60,000 nt of DNA, from contig NC_087250.1 of assembly GCF_037042905.1 (NCBI RefSeq), forward strand, positions 6,512,001-6,572,000, written 5' to 3'. The number at the start of each line of letters is the position of its first letter. Position 1 is the first letter of the stretch. This document shows positions 1 to 12,880 of this stretch, in pieces. The position numbers were made by a program, and so were the translations under genes. The DNA comes from Lytechinus pictus (taxonomy: Eukaryota). The notes under the pieces are model-generated. The model did no database searches, was not told where the DNA came from, and was given only the letters and a program-made list of their open reading frames with translations.

Positions 1-799
1 GGTAAGTGCATAATTTCTATTTTCACAATTCATTTGGAGAAATATTTATACCATAAATCACGCTAGTCCCGTGAGTATGGTCAAATACACGGTAAGCCCC
101 TGGGCTGGAACTCCCTGGGTTAATTCAACTGGTACATAATCGACAGGAACAGTGTCCTGTATTATATCGAACTATAGATTTCCTACACTTGAGACGCTTT
201 GCCTAATTTATAATCGCTCACTCGTAAATAGGCCATACTGTAATGTGCTTTGTTACTTCGTAATAAATTGCCAATTTAGTAGGCATAGTAATTAACTTCT
301 TTTAGACATTTCTTATTCAGGAATTACACAAATGACCTCACTGAAAATAATAACAAATTTCTTCAGAACATAAAAATAAATAATTTTAATCATATTCCTT
401 TGTGTGATTGTTATCAATCATGATGAATAAAACAACAATGTGTCTAAAAAAGGAGGCATTGTCATCTAAACCTGAGAAGCTGTATTGTTCACATGAAGAG
501 TGTTGAACCTACTACGTTTAGTCGGTTTCGTTCATTTCATCTATAGGCCCTATATTTAATTCTTATTGATTTATTTATCTTATTATTCATTAATTTATTT
601 GTTTGTTGCAAATCGTTATCCGAAGAAGCTTGTTCAGTTCAAAATTATATTCATGAATATTTGCATGTATTATGTTTAGGCCCAGGACATCTATTCTAAC
701 ATAACCTGTCGTCTGATAATCAGTTGAATGAAAGTTGAAAGATTATGTCTCTTTACGGCGTTTTTTTTTTTTCTTAAGTCTTCATTCAACTTCAGAAGA

Positions 800-1383
800 G
801 GAAAATTTGAATATAGAGGGGAGATAGGGAGAGAAAACAAGATAAATGAGAGAGAGAGGGGGAGAGATTAGAAAGATTAAGAGAAAGGGAATATTAGGAA
901 AACAGAGAGACCCTAAAAGAGATAGAGGAGCTTGAAAGAGAAAGAGGGTAGATAAGGGTAAAGAGATGCAGTAATAACGACAGAGAGTTAGGGGAAGAAA
1001 GAGACAAGAGACAAAGAGAGAGAAAGGGGGGAGATTAGAAAGATTAAGAGAAAGGGAATATTAGGAAAACAGAGAGACCCTAAAAGAGATAGAGGAGCTT
1101 GAGAGAGAAAGAGGATAGATAAGGATAGAGAGATACAGTAATAAAGACAGAAAGAGAGTTGGGGAAGATGGAGATAAGAGACAGACAGATAGGGGAAGAA
1201 AGAGATAGAGACAAAAAGAGAGAGGGGAAGAAATAGATAAGAGACACAAAAATATAATGGATAGAGATCGAAAAGGAATCGGAAACAAAATAGAAGAGCC
1301 ACAAACAGGACATAGCAAGCTAGATAAATTTGGAGAGGACTAAAGAAGATGGGAGACAAAAAGGAAGATAGGGAGAGATATGT

Positions 1384-1419
<36 letters not shown>

Positions 1420-1570
1420 GAAATAGAATGAGAGTGGGGAAAGCAAAAAGGAGATGACGGAATATAACTTTGGAACAGAAACAAGGTATTGCCGCCATCT
1501 GGAGTCAATGCAAAGAGAGGGCTATAGGGAGAGAGACAAGGATAAATGATAAGAAATAGATGATGATGAC
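800..1570. repeat. GA-rich low-complexity tract with an internal ~150-bp direct duplication (~855-990 vs ~1025-1160) and a (TA)n microsatellite at ~1386-1416
   Basis: Purine-rich strand; GAGATTAGAAAAGATTAAGAGAAAGGGAATATTAGGAAAACAGAGAGACCCTAAAAGAGATAGAGGAGCTTGA-type block occurs twice; run of TA dinucleotides. Confidence 0.85.
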
Positions 1571-1579
1571 TAGAGGAAT

Positions 1580-4500
1580 TTAGGTTGTCAAAGAAATGGC
1601 TGACAATGAAGCGTTAGACAAACAAACGTCAAACCAAGGCAGGTTTTTCATAAGATTATTACAAAGTATAAAAGAGACAATAACAAATGATAAGGTTAAT
1701 TTACTTGTAGAAATTAATGATAAAAAATCACAATTTGAATCATACCGTTTGAAAATTATTGATGGTATTAATATGACATCCAAGATAAAGTGGATGGAAT
1801 TTGGTGAAAAGCCATCGCAATATTTCCAGAATTTAGACAAACAAAATAAAGTTAATAAGATTTAGATTTGTAGATTTAATTTTTATTCATTTTCCGTTCA
1901 CAAAGCACAACAAAATCAAACAATACATAGTCAAATTTAAAGAACAACGTCAATCGGAATAAGGTATAAACAATGAGAACTAATGCAAACTAAAGTAACT
2001 TTGACTATAATAACTATATAAAACAGAACGGAGGGGCTTGTCAAGAAAAGCGAAGCTTGTATGGGAGGCAAGCCCCCGTAACTTAGTTTCAATACGTATA
2101 TTACAAAACTATATAAAGGAGAGACGGAAGACAGTTTAAAAGGAGGATATACAAAATATTGAAGGTATATAACAACGAAAGAGTGAACCAAATTAGAAAA
2201 AAATGATAATAGTAATAACAATAATAATAATGAAAAAATAACATTATGGTTAAATAATTGTGATTTTGAGGGAGGAACAGAGAGGCAAATGTAGGGAGAG
2301 AGAGTGGGTGCAGGTACAATTGGAGGTGCAAAGAGGAGCATGGCAGGTGCGAAAACAGGTCGGCAGGCAAGTTGTATGCTGAAGAAATAAAGAAATAAGA
2401 CAACTGTCTACAGGAAATGGAGAAGTTATCACTGGACAAGATGAATTATCCAATGAAATTTATTGATTTTATTCAAGACTTTATGAAAAAAAGGAACAAT
2501 AAAGATGTTGATTTGGCAATACTGAATTTTGCGGATATTCCTAAGTTAACTCCAACAGTGTCAAACATACTAGAAGAACCTTTAGAAGAAAATATAGTGT
2601 AGAACCTGTTAAAAAGTATGAAAATAATAAATCTACTGGGCAAGATGGATTTTCTTTTGAATTTTTTTTTTTTTTTTTTTTAAATATCTAAAACTATTCA
2701 TGGTCAGATCTTTGAATTTCGCGTGTACAACAGATTCTTTGTCTCAATCACAAAACTTAGGGGTGATTACTTTGATTCCCAAGAAAAATAAGCCAAGACA
2801 TTTATTACTAAATTGGCGACCAATTTCACTTTTAAATGTTATATATAAAATTGCAACTGGGTGTAGGGTTAGCTTGCATTATGATATTCTCCTTTACACT
2901 GAACTCAACGATAAACCTGGTATGTTGTTAATGATTGCTTTTGAAAAAGCATTCTATTGTGTATCCCATAAATTTCTACTCAATGTCCTTGACTTTTTTT
3001 CAATTTGGTCCGTCATTTAAGAAATGGATTCATGTATTTTATTCAAAGGCTTCTTCTTGTGTAACAGTGAATTGTTTTTGTACAAAAAGATTTACCATAG
3101 GGAGAGGATGTCGCCAAGGAGATCCCTTATCACCCTATCTCTTTTTACTTGCTAGTGCAATATTAGGACTTTTAGTTAGAAATTCCAATGATATGATTGG
3201 TCTACATGTAGACTGAAAATATAGTAAACTACAGCAATATGCTGACGACACAATTTTTAAACTTAACGGTTCAAAAGAAGATTTAATAGGTGCACTTGAG
3301 ATATTAGGTCATTTTGAAAAAAAAAATTCTGGCCTCAAGGTTAATATATAAAAACTTATGCAATATGGATATAGAAAAATAGATTTTGTAAAAAGCAACT
3401 TCTTCCTGAGTATAAATTGAATTAGGTATCAGAGGGCTACTCTAGGTACTTGGTTATAGATTTTTCTGTTAATCTAGTAGAAATGGTCGACCATAACTAT
3501 ACTGAAAAAAGTAAGGAGATAAAACGTCTAATTGTCTCATGGTCTAAACGAACTTTAACCGTTCCGGGAAGAATTACTGTAGAAAAATCTTTGTTGGTAC
3601 CGAAACTGAATTATTTATTGCTTTCACTTCCAGAACCAAGTCAGGCAATAATAAAAGATACAACTCGTTCACTTTATGCATTTATATGGGGAAACAAACA
3701 TGATAAAATAAGTAGAAGGCAAATGTGTCAACTGTATGATAAAGACGGGGTTAAAATGATAGATATTTTCATACATGCTAAATCTCTGAAGATTTCATGG
3801 ATGAGACGATTTTTAAATGATTCTCAAAACAGTTTTACTTTTCATATGTTCAATGTTTTAGTAGATCCAACACACAAGTTTCACGTGTACATGGGCTCAC
3901 ATTATTACAGAGCATTGGCAGACACGAATTACAATCCATTTTGGAAAGACGTTTTACTTGCTTGGTCAGACTTGCTTGAATTGTTTCCTGATAATATATA
4001 GCCTGTCAGCCCCTCTGGAATAACCATCGAATAAAAATAAATAACAAACCAGTCTATATATTTCAGGTCTTCGGATTTACGAGGAATACATTTTGTTAAT
4101 GGCATTCTTAGAACAGATGGTACCTTCTTTCCATACTTTGAATTCAAACGTGCTTATGGTATACAAACCAATTTTCTACAGCATTACGGTCTTTGTGACG
4201 TGATTAGGTCTGGTTTTCCCACAGATTAGCATATAATGATTAATTCATTGAACCAATCATTCCCAAAGCTCTGCACCTTGTTGTGAAAACACGTGTAGGT
4301 TGCTTAAATATATATCGCTCTTTTCTTAACTTTAAAGTTGAAGAATTTAAGGCTCTTGTCAGCTAAAAAGGTCTGCTAGGTTTTCGAGATGACCTTTGGG
4401 TTGCTTTTTGTTTGATTCCTTTGCAGACAACAATGGATATAAACTTAACATTGATTCAAATTAAAATTTTAAACAAAATATTGTATATAAAAGATTATTT

Positions 4501-5130
4501 ATTGAAATTTGATATGGTAACAAACTTTATGAAATGTACTTTTTGTATTGATAATGATGAAATAATTATGCATATATTTTACCTTTGTACTCATTCTAAT
4601 GTAATATGGTCGGGAATAGAATCATGGATATTTCAAAATACTCGAGAGGTGATCGTATTAACGAATGAAAACAAATTGTTTGGATTTTGTGGTACGAATA
4701 ATAATGCTCTTATCTGTGTCAGGATGATCGTAAGAAAAGAGATATACATAGCCAAATTGAAAAGAGAGCTGCCTTCATTTACCTCAATTATGTCGACTTT
4801 AAAACTTTATTATGAAATGGATAAATATATTTATGAAACAAATTTCAGAGCAAATAAGTTCCAAAGGAAATGGTTTCATTTCAGAAACTTTTTTTCGAAC
4901 AAGCTGGCAATCTGTCACATTAACAAACACAATTATTACCAGGTCTAGTTATATGTATCAGACCTCTTTTTTTTCTTGCCAAATTTGCTTTGGCTGTGAC
5001 AAGTTGATTGTATAATAAGTCAGTTTGACTACATATGTATGTATTATGAATAATGTACATACCATGTTTATTTAATGTTTGTCGGGAAAATTGTAAATGT
5101 TCATACAATGTAACTATGCTTTTTGAAAAA
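1580..5130 (+). mobile_element. Degraded, 5'-truncated Tx1/L1-clade non-LTR retrotransposon ORF2 (reverse transcriptase plus C-terminal CCHC region), with many stops and frameshifts
   Basis: Motifs in successive frames: [47 protein letters not shown] (~3235-3252), WSKRTLTVPGRITVEKSLL, CTFC..HIFYLC. Interrupted at ~1861-2385. Confidence 0.9.
1861..2385 (-). mobile_element. Antisense insertion, probably the 3' UTR/tail of another LINE, inside the Tx1 ORF2
   Basis: Tx1 frame stops after NKVNK (1860) and resumes as NKEIRQLSTGNGEVITGQDE at ~2386; the insert read on the minus strand ends in AATGAATAAAAATTAAATCTACAAATCTAAA and contains a GGGGCTTG..CAAGCCCC hairpin (~2033-2076). Confidence 0.65.
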
Positions 5131-5321
5131 AATAGAACTCTGTGGAAGGGGAGGGGAGGCAAAGTTTTTCATACGTACCGTTGTCTCAACGTTGGTGGTC
5201 ATCATTCTTCGTTGGACCAACAAACGTTAAGATCGACTTTGCAAAGGCAAAGTTTTTCACGACGTTGGCAGACACCATTGCTACCCTGCATTGTAGCAAC
5301 GAAATTGTTCGACCCCCTGTT

Positions 5322-5540
5322 ACACCCACAAATGTAATAATCGCCCACAAATGTAATAACGCCCACAAATGTAATAACACTTTACCCACAAATGTAATAA
5401 CGCCCACAAATGTAATAACACTTTACCCACAAATGTAATAATTTCACCCACAAATGTAATATGCACTTTACCCACAAATGTAATAATTTTTGATCGCCCA
5501 CAAATGTAATAATGACTTTACCCACAAATGTAATACATTT
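5322..5540 (+). repeat. Outer tandem array of the foldback left arm, ~19-26-bp units with core CCCACAAATGTAATAA
   Basis: About 10 copies read directly. Confidence 0.95.
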
Positions 5541-5609
5541 GAAGGGATTTTTGGCGAATCTGTTCTAAACTAAAATCCTATAGTAATGCGTTCATATAGC
5601 ACAAAAGTG

Positions 5610-6292
5610 CAAAGTCTTTTTCCAGACCCGGTTAATAAAACATTATAGTACAATTCCAAAGTCTTTTTCCAGACCCGGTTGTTTCAAAATTATAATATAC
5701 GTCCAAAGTCTTTTTTCCAGACCCGGTTAATTAAAAAATTATAATGCAAGTCCAAAGTCTTTTTTCCAGACCCGGTTGTTTCAAAAATTATAATATACGT
5801 CCAAAGTCTTTTTTCCAGACCCGATTGTTTCAAAAATTATAATATAAGTCCAAAGTCTTTTTTCCAGACCCGGTTGTTAAAAAAATTATAATATACGTCA
5901 AAAGCCTTTTTTCCAGACCCGGTTAATTCAAAAATTATAATATACGTCCAAAGTCTTTTTTCCAGACCCGGTTAATTCAAAAATTATAATATACGTCCAA
6001 AGTCTTTTTTCCAGACCCGATTGTTTCAAAAATTATAATATAATTCCAAAGTCTTTTTTCCAGACCCGGTTGTTTCAAAAATTATATTATACGTCCAAAG
6101 TCTTTTTTCCAGACCCGGTTAATTCAAAAATGATAATAAACGTCCAAAGTCTTTTTCCCAGACCTGGTTAATTCAAAAATTAAAATATAAGTGCAAAGTC
6201 TTTTTTCCAGACCCGGTTGTTTCAAAAATTATAATATACATCCAAAGTCTTTTTTCCAGACCCGGTAGTTTCAAAATTATTATAAGTCCAAA
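5610..6292 (+). repeat. Inner tandem array of the foldback left arm, ~49-bp unit CCAAAGTCTTTTTTCCAGACCCGGTT..AAAAATTATAATATA
   Basis: About 14 copies; degenerate copies continue to ~6800. Confidence 0.95.
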
Positions 6293-6879
6293 CTAAGATA
6301 ATGATATTCTAGTGGAATAAAATGAGAATCGAGCTTAGTCTTTTCTCCAGACCCAGTTAATTAAAATTGGTGGAAAAGTAACAAAGACCCCAACTCTCTT
6401 GTAAATGTTAAATAACGTGGAAATATAGCATAGTCTTTCATCCAGGCCCAGATCTTTCAAATAACAAATGATGAATAATAATAATAAATGAGTAATAATT
6501 AAAAAAAGCAAACAAAGACACACGATCCTCTTTATGTTGAAAAACATGGAAATATAGTGTAGTCTTTCCTCCAGACCCAGTTATAAAAGTCATTTAAAAC
6601 ACAACAACAACAACAAAGACCCTGCAATCTTATCAACATTGAATAACATGGCAATATGGTGTAGTCTTTCCTCCAGACCCAATTATTTCAAAATAACCAA
6701 AATCATTACAAAAGAATAACAGAATCTAAGGCCCAACTATCCTTCAAACTAAGAACCTTCAATGAATAAAAGTTCAGAGAGTTTTCTTTATTCCAGACCT
6801 TGTCATTTCAAAAATAAGATAAATGAAATCCTCATAACTAAGACTCAATCATATTCTTGTGCCTGTTCAACATAGATTG

Positions 6880-7013
6880 GGGGAGTATTTCATCAACATT
6901 TATGTCCGACAAGTTGTCAGATCTGACAACTGTTCTTGATGTTGATTGGTTAAGAAGCAGTGCTACCAGTGTCGGATAAAACGTCAGACAACTCCTTTCA
7001 TGAAATGCTCCCC
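6880..7013. mobile_element. Short MITE (PIF/Harbinger-like) nested in the foldback loop; related copy at 34115-34279
   Basis: GGGGAGTATTTCAT..ATGAAATGCTCCCC inverted ends; internal GTCGGATAAAACGTC is the reverse complement of motifs in the 34115 copy. Confidence 0.65.
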
Positions 7014-7839
7014 GGGCTCTAAGTTTTGATGTTGTTTTTTTAATTATAAATTCCTTTGCCTGGAAGAAAAAATGAATGTTTAATTGCATCATTTATTACA
7101 GAATGTTAGGCTGGAAGAGGGTTAATTTTTTTTTGTTCTGTTTTTTTTAATAAACTGGTCTGGTCAAATTAAGTATGCGTTATCACAAGGGTTTTATAGC
7201 TTGGAAGATGCTGGGGTCTAAGTTTTAAGATTAATGTTTCGCTTAATTTGTATTTTAAAGAAAACTGGGTGAGGGGTAAAGACAACACTCTAAGCCCAAG
7301 CATTTTAAGTGGGTTTAATTTTGAAGATTGGTCTTAGCTGTGATTTTTTTTTCAATATTTGTTTATATTTTAAATAACCGGGTCTAGACGAAAGACTAAG
7401 CATAATACTCGTGTTATTCCACAAGAATAAGAATGTGACAAAGTCTTTTGTTTTTAAGATTGTTTAAATCATTTTTAAATTACTGGGTCTGGAATAAAGA
7501 CAACGCTCTAAACATGTGCTTTTCTACATGCATGGTCTTAATTTTGAGGATTGTTGGTTCTAAGATTCGTTTTGGGGGTTGGGTTTTATTGGGTTTTTTT
7601 CTTGAAATAATTGTGTCTGGAGAATTTTAGAATATTTGTAAAAACTATTTTATTTTTTTCAAATAATAACCGAGTCTGGAGAAAGGATGTTTGCTTTACC
7701 CATGCATTATTACAATGTTTTGTAGGGGTCGTAGTATTATTTAAAAAAACTGGGCGTGGGGTAAAGACATATTTTTTTACTGGGTGAAACTTTGGAAAAT
7801 TGGTCTTAGATATGAAGTTTTTTAATTCATTTTTTAATT

Positions 7840-8935
7840 GCCGGGTCTGGAGGAAAGACTTTGGACTTATATTGTAATTGTTTAATTATTCGGGTCTGGA
7901 AAAAAGACTTTGCACTTTTGTGCTATATGAATGCATTGCTATAGGGTTTAGTTTTAAGTAACCGGGTCTGGAGAAAAGACTATGCTTGATTCTCAATTTA
8001 CTCTTAGCGCATATATTCACAATATACGCCGTATAAGTTGAAACAACAACAAATACATTAATTCCACCAGTTTTAATTAACTTGGTCTGGAGAAAAGACT
8101 AAGCTCGATTCTCATTTTTATTCCACTGGAATATCATTAACGTAACTTAGTTTGTACTTATATTATAATATTTGAAATAACCAGGTCTGGAAAAAGACTT
8201 TGGACTTATATTTTTTTAAACAACCGGGTCTGGAAAAAAGACTTTGGACTTATATTGTAATTGTTTAATTATGCGGGTCTGAAAAAAAGACTTTGCACTT
8301 TTGGGCTATATGAACGCATTGCTATAGGGTTTAGTTTTTAGTTTTAAGTAACCAGGTCTAGAGAAAAGACTACGCTTGATTCTCAATTTACTCTTAGCAC
8401 ATATATTCACAATATACGCCATATAAGTTGAAACAACAACAAAGACATTAATTCCACTAGTTTTAATTTACTGGGTCTGGAGAAAAGACTAAGCTCGATT
8501 CTCATTTTTATTCCACTGGAATATTATTATCGTATCTTAGTATGGACTTATATTATAATTTTTTTAATAAACGGGTCTGGAAAAAGACTGGACTTATATT
8601 AAAATTTTTGAAACACACCGGGTCTGGAAAAAAGACTTTGCACTTGCATTATAATTCTTTAATTAACCGGGTCTGAAAAAAGACTTTGGACTTATATTAT
8701 AATTTTTGAAACAACCGGGTCTGGAAAAAAGACTTTGCACTTATATTATAATTTTTTAAACAACCGGGTCTGAAAAAAAGACTTTGGACTTGCATGATAA
8801 TTTTTTAATTAACCGGGTCTGGAAAAAGACTTTGGACGTATATTATAACTTTGAAACAACCGGGTCTGGAAAGAGACTTTGGACTTGTACTATAATGTTT
8901 AATTAACTGGGTCTGGAAAAAAGACTTTGCACTTT
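7840..8935 (-). repeat. Inner array of the foldback right arm (reverse complement of 5610-6292) including a ~380-bp internal duplication
   Basis: Repeated AACCGGGTCTGGAAAAAAGACTTTGGACTTATATT; block ~7855-8200 recurs at ~8240-8590. Confidence 0.9.
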
Positions 8936-9002
8936 TGTGCTATATGAACGCATTACTATAGGATTTTAGTTTAGAACGGATTCGCCAAAAATCCCTTCAA
9001 AT

Positions 9003-9217
9003 TTATTACATTTGTGGGTAAAGTCATTATTACATTTGTGGGCGATCAAAAATTATTACATTTGTGGGTAAAGTGCATTATTACATTTGTGGGTGAAATT
9101 GTTACATTTGTGGGTAAAGTGTTATTACATTTGTGGGCGTTATTACATTTGTGGGTAAAGTGTTATTACATTTGTGGGCGTTATTACATTTGTGGGCGTT
9201 ATTACATTTGTGGGTGC
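9003..9217 (-). repeat. Outer tandem array of the foldback right arm (TTATTACATTTGTGGG core)
   Basis: About 10 copies, reverse complement of 5322-5540. Confidence 0.95.
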
Positions 9218-9282
9218 AACACCCCCCCCCCCCCCTAATTTGAATAAGATGACGTCACGGATTTACGTCACTTGGCCTGAAT

Positions 9283-9600
9283 AGAGAGTTTTCGATTTTA
9301 CTACGGGAAAACTGTTTACAACGCATCGATTCCTTTAAAAATGTAAGTAAAATCACAATGGAGAGCTGAGGGGATTTTGTCGAAAATTGGTGGACCGGGA
9401 CAGCAGATCATCTAAAGGTTTGCACCGAACGTAAAATTGCAAATATGTTGTTGTCCAGAGTCAGAATATTTCGATCCTGTCCCGGTCAATCAACTTTCGA
9501 CAATAGCCTCTTAGAGCTCTCCATTGTGATTCGAGTTGCATTTTCATAGAAATTGGTGTGTTGTAGAGAGTTTACACGTTGTAAATGCGAAAAGTCCGGA
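9283..9600. mobile_element. Old palindromic MITE-like element
   Basis: AATCACAATGGAGAGCT (~9351) / AGCTCTCCATTGTGATT (~9515); TTGTCGAAAATTG / CAACTTTCGACAA; GACCGGGACAG / CTGTCCCGGTC. Confidence 0.65.
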
Positions 9601-9612
9601 ATATCCCCTTGA

Positions 9613-10065
9613 AGGGAAATGAAATATTTGGAACAAGTGAGCTTGTATGGAAAGAGAAAACTCATAAAATAAGATCAAAGAAAGTTTGAGAAAAAATGGA
9701 CTAATAATGAGAAATTTATGAGCATTTGAATATTGCGAACACTGATTCTATGGAGATCCTCCCATTGGTAATGCGACAAAGATGTTTAATGTCACATGTG
9801 ATCAAATTTTCTTGTGAGGGACTTTAAAATACCCATAAAATGTCCTCTCTTTTTTTGCTTTTTGTTATGGTGATACAAACTCTTCATTTCTAATGTATTC
9901 TTTAAAAATCCGTATTACATGCCTTCTTATAGAAAGAATACAGGATCTACTGATAGATGTGATAACAGAGGCAGTTTACGTGAAATATATAGAAAAGCAA
10001 TAAGAAAGTTGTTCACAAGTCTCATCACACATCTTTGTCGATTTGCCAACTGGGGGGATATACAC
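9613..10065. mobile_element. Partial non-autonomous Kolobok-like element, same family as 35063-35567 in the opposite orientation
   Basis: 9613-9790 is the diverged reverse complement of 35395-35567; internal inverted GCGACAAAGATG / CATCTTTGTC. Confidence 0.65.
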
Positions 10066-12024
10066 TAAGGGAGCTTGTCAAAAGTCCATGCACCGTTCTA
10101 TAGCGTCTTTACCGCATCCGGGTTTTCGCTTCAGCTTTCCCGCCCAACGTTCCCTTGTCTTCAAAGGAACGGCCGCCATCAAAGGCCCATTGACGCCACC
10201 GTTCTTTTGTTCGTCTTTCCTGCATGTCTTAAGTTCTGTCGAAAGACCGAAGAAACTATTCTAAATAGCTCCCTCTACGACCAAAACAAATGCGTGCCTT
10301 CATATTGACTGTCGGATCGGAGAGTTCGGGTTACTGTTCTGAACTGTGGTTCGCATCTATAATGGAAGTTCGGGTGCATTCATAAAGCCACGGTGGCTTA
10401 ATCAAAAATCACGCACGTGTCACAAATCGTTGCTGATCTTTCGAATTTACTGCAATAACCATGAAAACCTCTTTTTTGCAATTGGAAGAGAGTCAATTCA
10501 TGATGTTTTAGGTGGGAAAATAAGATTCCATACATTTTCCTTTCGTAGGCCCAAGCCATTCGTAGAATTCACGTCAACTTGGAATATTCATTATTACTCA
10601 CATCTGAAACAAGTGTCGGGAGCCCCCCCCCCCCCCCCTTCACCCCCCCCCCCCCCCTAAAAAAATAGAAGGAAATAGAATGATAAAAATAAATATGACC
10701 GGAACAGCTCGACACTATTAGGCATAGATAGATAAAAGATTTATTAGAAGCTGTTTTAAACAGTTTGTTCAATTTTTGGACGGGCAACCATTTCCCCAGG
10801 ATAACATATTGTCTCTTAATTTTCTTTATCTCCTTGTTTTAAAGAAGCGGGACCGAAAGGTAAGGTGACAAGAGGAAGAAGAAAACTAAGAATTCATAGG
10901 GAGAGTAAAGGAAGGGGGAACAGAGAGAAAATAAGAAAATAATATTGCGATGGAAGAAGAGGAAGGGTGAAAAAAATATGGAGGAAAAACAGTTGAAAGA
11001 GAAAAAAAATAGGAAATTTGAGAGGGGAAGAAATTTAGGATCGAGAATCAACGGTAGAGGGGGGGGGAATTGGAATATGGAAATGGATAGAGACAGAAAA
11101 TAAGGGGAAAGAAGAAGAGAGAGCTGGTGGACGATGAGGGGAGATATAAAGGGGGTGGGGGAAGAGTGAAAGGGGAACAGAGGGAAGGACATGCAATGGC
11201 CATGCTGAAACGGTTCTTTATTTTTTGTTCATTGTTCAAATGTTCATTCAGGTAACAACAAGAGAATGAAGAAAAAATGAAACCCCAAAACTCGGAGTTA
11301 AATTGGCCGCAACTTTAATCTGATTGCGAACCCCTTCTACCAATATTTCATTAAAAGATATACAGAGCAAAATAAGTGAATAAAAAAGGAAAGATGACCT
11401 TTGAAGGTTTCCATGGTGGAGAGAATATTGAAAGGTTTTACGGTAAAACCTTTCAATAAAAAAGGAAAGATAGAAGGAAAATGAGTGAAAAGAAATTGAG
11501 AGAAAACGAAATAAATAACTAGAAGATTTCAGAAAAATCATGAGAAAGAGAAAGGGAAAATCGTGTATCGAAGAAATGTATTTATACCACATCAGTAATT
11601 ATCAGGATAGGAAAGATAACAAAAGCAAAATGATTATAGGTGTTGAATGGGCTCCTATTTGCGGCGAAAAAATGGATTAAGGATTAAAAGATAAAAGGCA
11701 GAAGAATTAATACAAGGAAACATGACAAGGGGAAGGGATAAAGAAATGAGGAGGTGAAAAGATTAAAAAGAAAGACAGGTGACAAAAATGGAGATGGAGA
11801 ATTGCAAATAGGAAACCCAGTTTCATGTGCAGATCGCTTCCCTAGCTCTGCCATTGCTCATGAGATCTCAGACCTACAAATGTATGATATATTTACCCGT
11901 TCCGCCTGATTGGAATGACTGTGGGAGAACCAACCCGTCGATTTCATTTCACACGAAACAGAAGACCATGCCGTTGCCACCAGAAGGCGGTGCTTCATAG
12001 CGTTTCGCCAATTGAAAAGATGTT

Positions 12025-12880
12025 CTCCAATGAATGCCCCTGTCTGAAGAGGGATAATTTCAAATTCCTCAATCTTTTCCCATTTTTTGACGCTCATAAT
12101 TTTTTTTCCGAAAAACCATGTTTTGCCTCCACAATTTTCTGACTTGGCCCCCCCCCCCCCCTCTGCTTTTGAAAATACTGGTTGTTATAAAATGTCGTTG
12201 AACTGTATGTATTATTGTGTACATGTATTTACCCTGTTACTTCGATTATATCATTTGTTGAACGAAAATAAATGAATCTAAATGTTAAAACTCTGCGATT
12301 AACTTTAGTTTGTAGTAAATAATGTGAATTTTGTAGAGTATTAACTTAATTTTGAATATCGCTCAAGTTTCTTTAATCATACAATAGGAAGCTCTTAATA
12401 TTAGCAAATTCGAATATTCACCCCCACCCCACAAAAAAATAATAAAACAGATGATTCTGTCCTTTCCTTGTACATCAGAAAAATCTGATTAATTAGAGCA
12501 GGTTAAGGTTTCAGAATAATTTCGAAAATTCAGAGATCCAACATTGTTTGCAGGAAGGAGTGTTTTTTCTGCATACATGCACACGTTTTCAACTCTGTTT
12601 TGCGAGTTAAAGATTATTAATAAGGCTAAATTATTTTGATATAAAATCTGATCCGCCCAAGATTGGCATTTTATACCACTCAATGAATTCCATTTCCTGA
12701 AGAGGGATTATTTCAAATTACTCAATCTTTTCCAATTTTTTGACGCTCATACTTTCTTCCTAAATACATTTTTGTCACCCCACCCCAAAATGTTCTAATT
12801 GTCATGTTAAAACTTTTCGATTAACTTTGGTAAATAATACGTAATTTTGTCTTTTGAATTTTGTCGAGTATTAACAAGCA
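12025..12880 (+). repeat. Diverged local duplication
   Basis: CAATGAAT..CTGAAGAGGGAT.ATTTCAAATT.CTCAATCTTTTCC.ATTTTTTGACGCTCATA at ~12029 and ~12682; ATGTTAAAACT..CGATTAACTTT at ~12282 and ~12805. Confidence 0.7.

Larger units (their letters stand above)
5318..9221. mobile_element. Large non-coding foldback DNA transposon with modular, internally repetitive inverted arms
   Basis: Left end TGTTACACCCACAAATGTAATAA, right end TTATTACATTTGTGGGTGCAACA; CCCCC on both flanks (5313-5317; 9222-9226); mirrored repeat arrays and a mirrored unique segment (5540-5610 vs 8930-9000). Confidence 0.9.

Noticed and set aside
1..10. G|GTAAGT consensus splice donor at the window start
   Set aside because: The upstream exon would lie outside the window, so it cannot be supported
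988..1508. Hydrophobic minus-strand ORFs (also 10839-11592)
   Set aside because: Translations of GA-rich low-complexity DNA and a TA microsatellite
5142..5438. ORFs with PTNVI / LLHLW repeats (also 9014-9238)
   Set aside because: Translation of the tandem arrays
5610..6292. CRISPR-like look of conserved ~25-bp repeats separated by AT-rich segments
   Set aside because: The intervening segments are near-identical rather than unique spacers, there are no cas genes, the context is eukaryotic, and the array is mirrored as part of a foldback element
10043..10308. GC-richer stretch with short ORFs
   Set aside because: No recognisable motif or convincing splice sites
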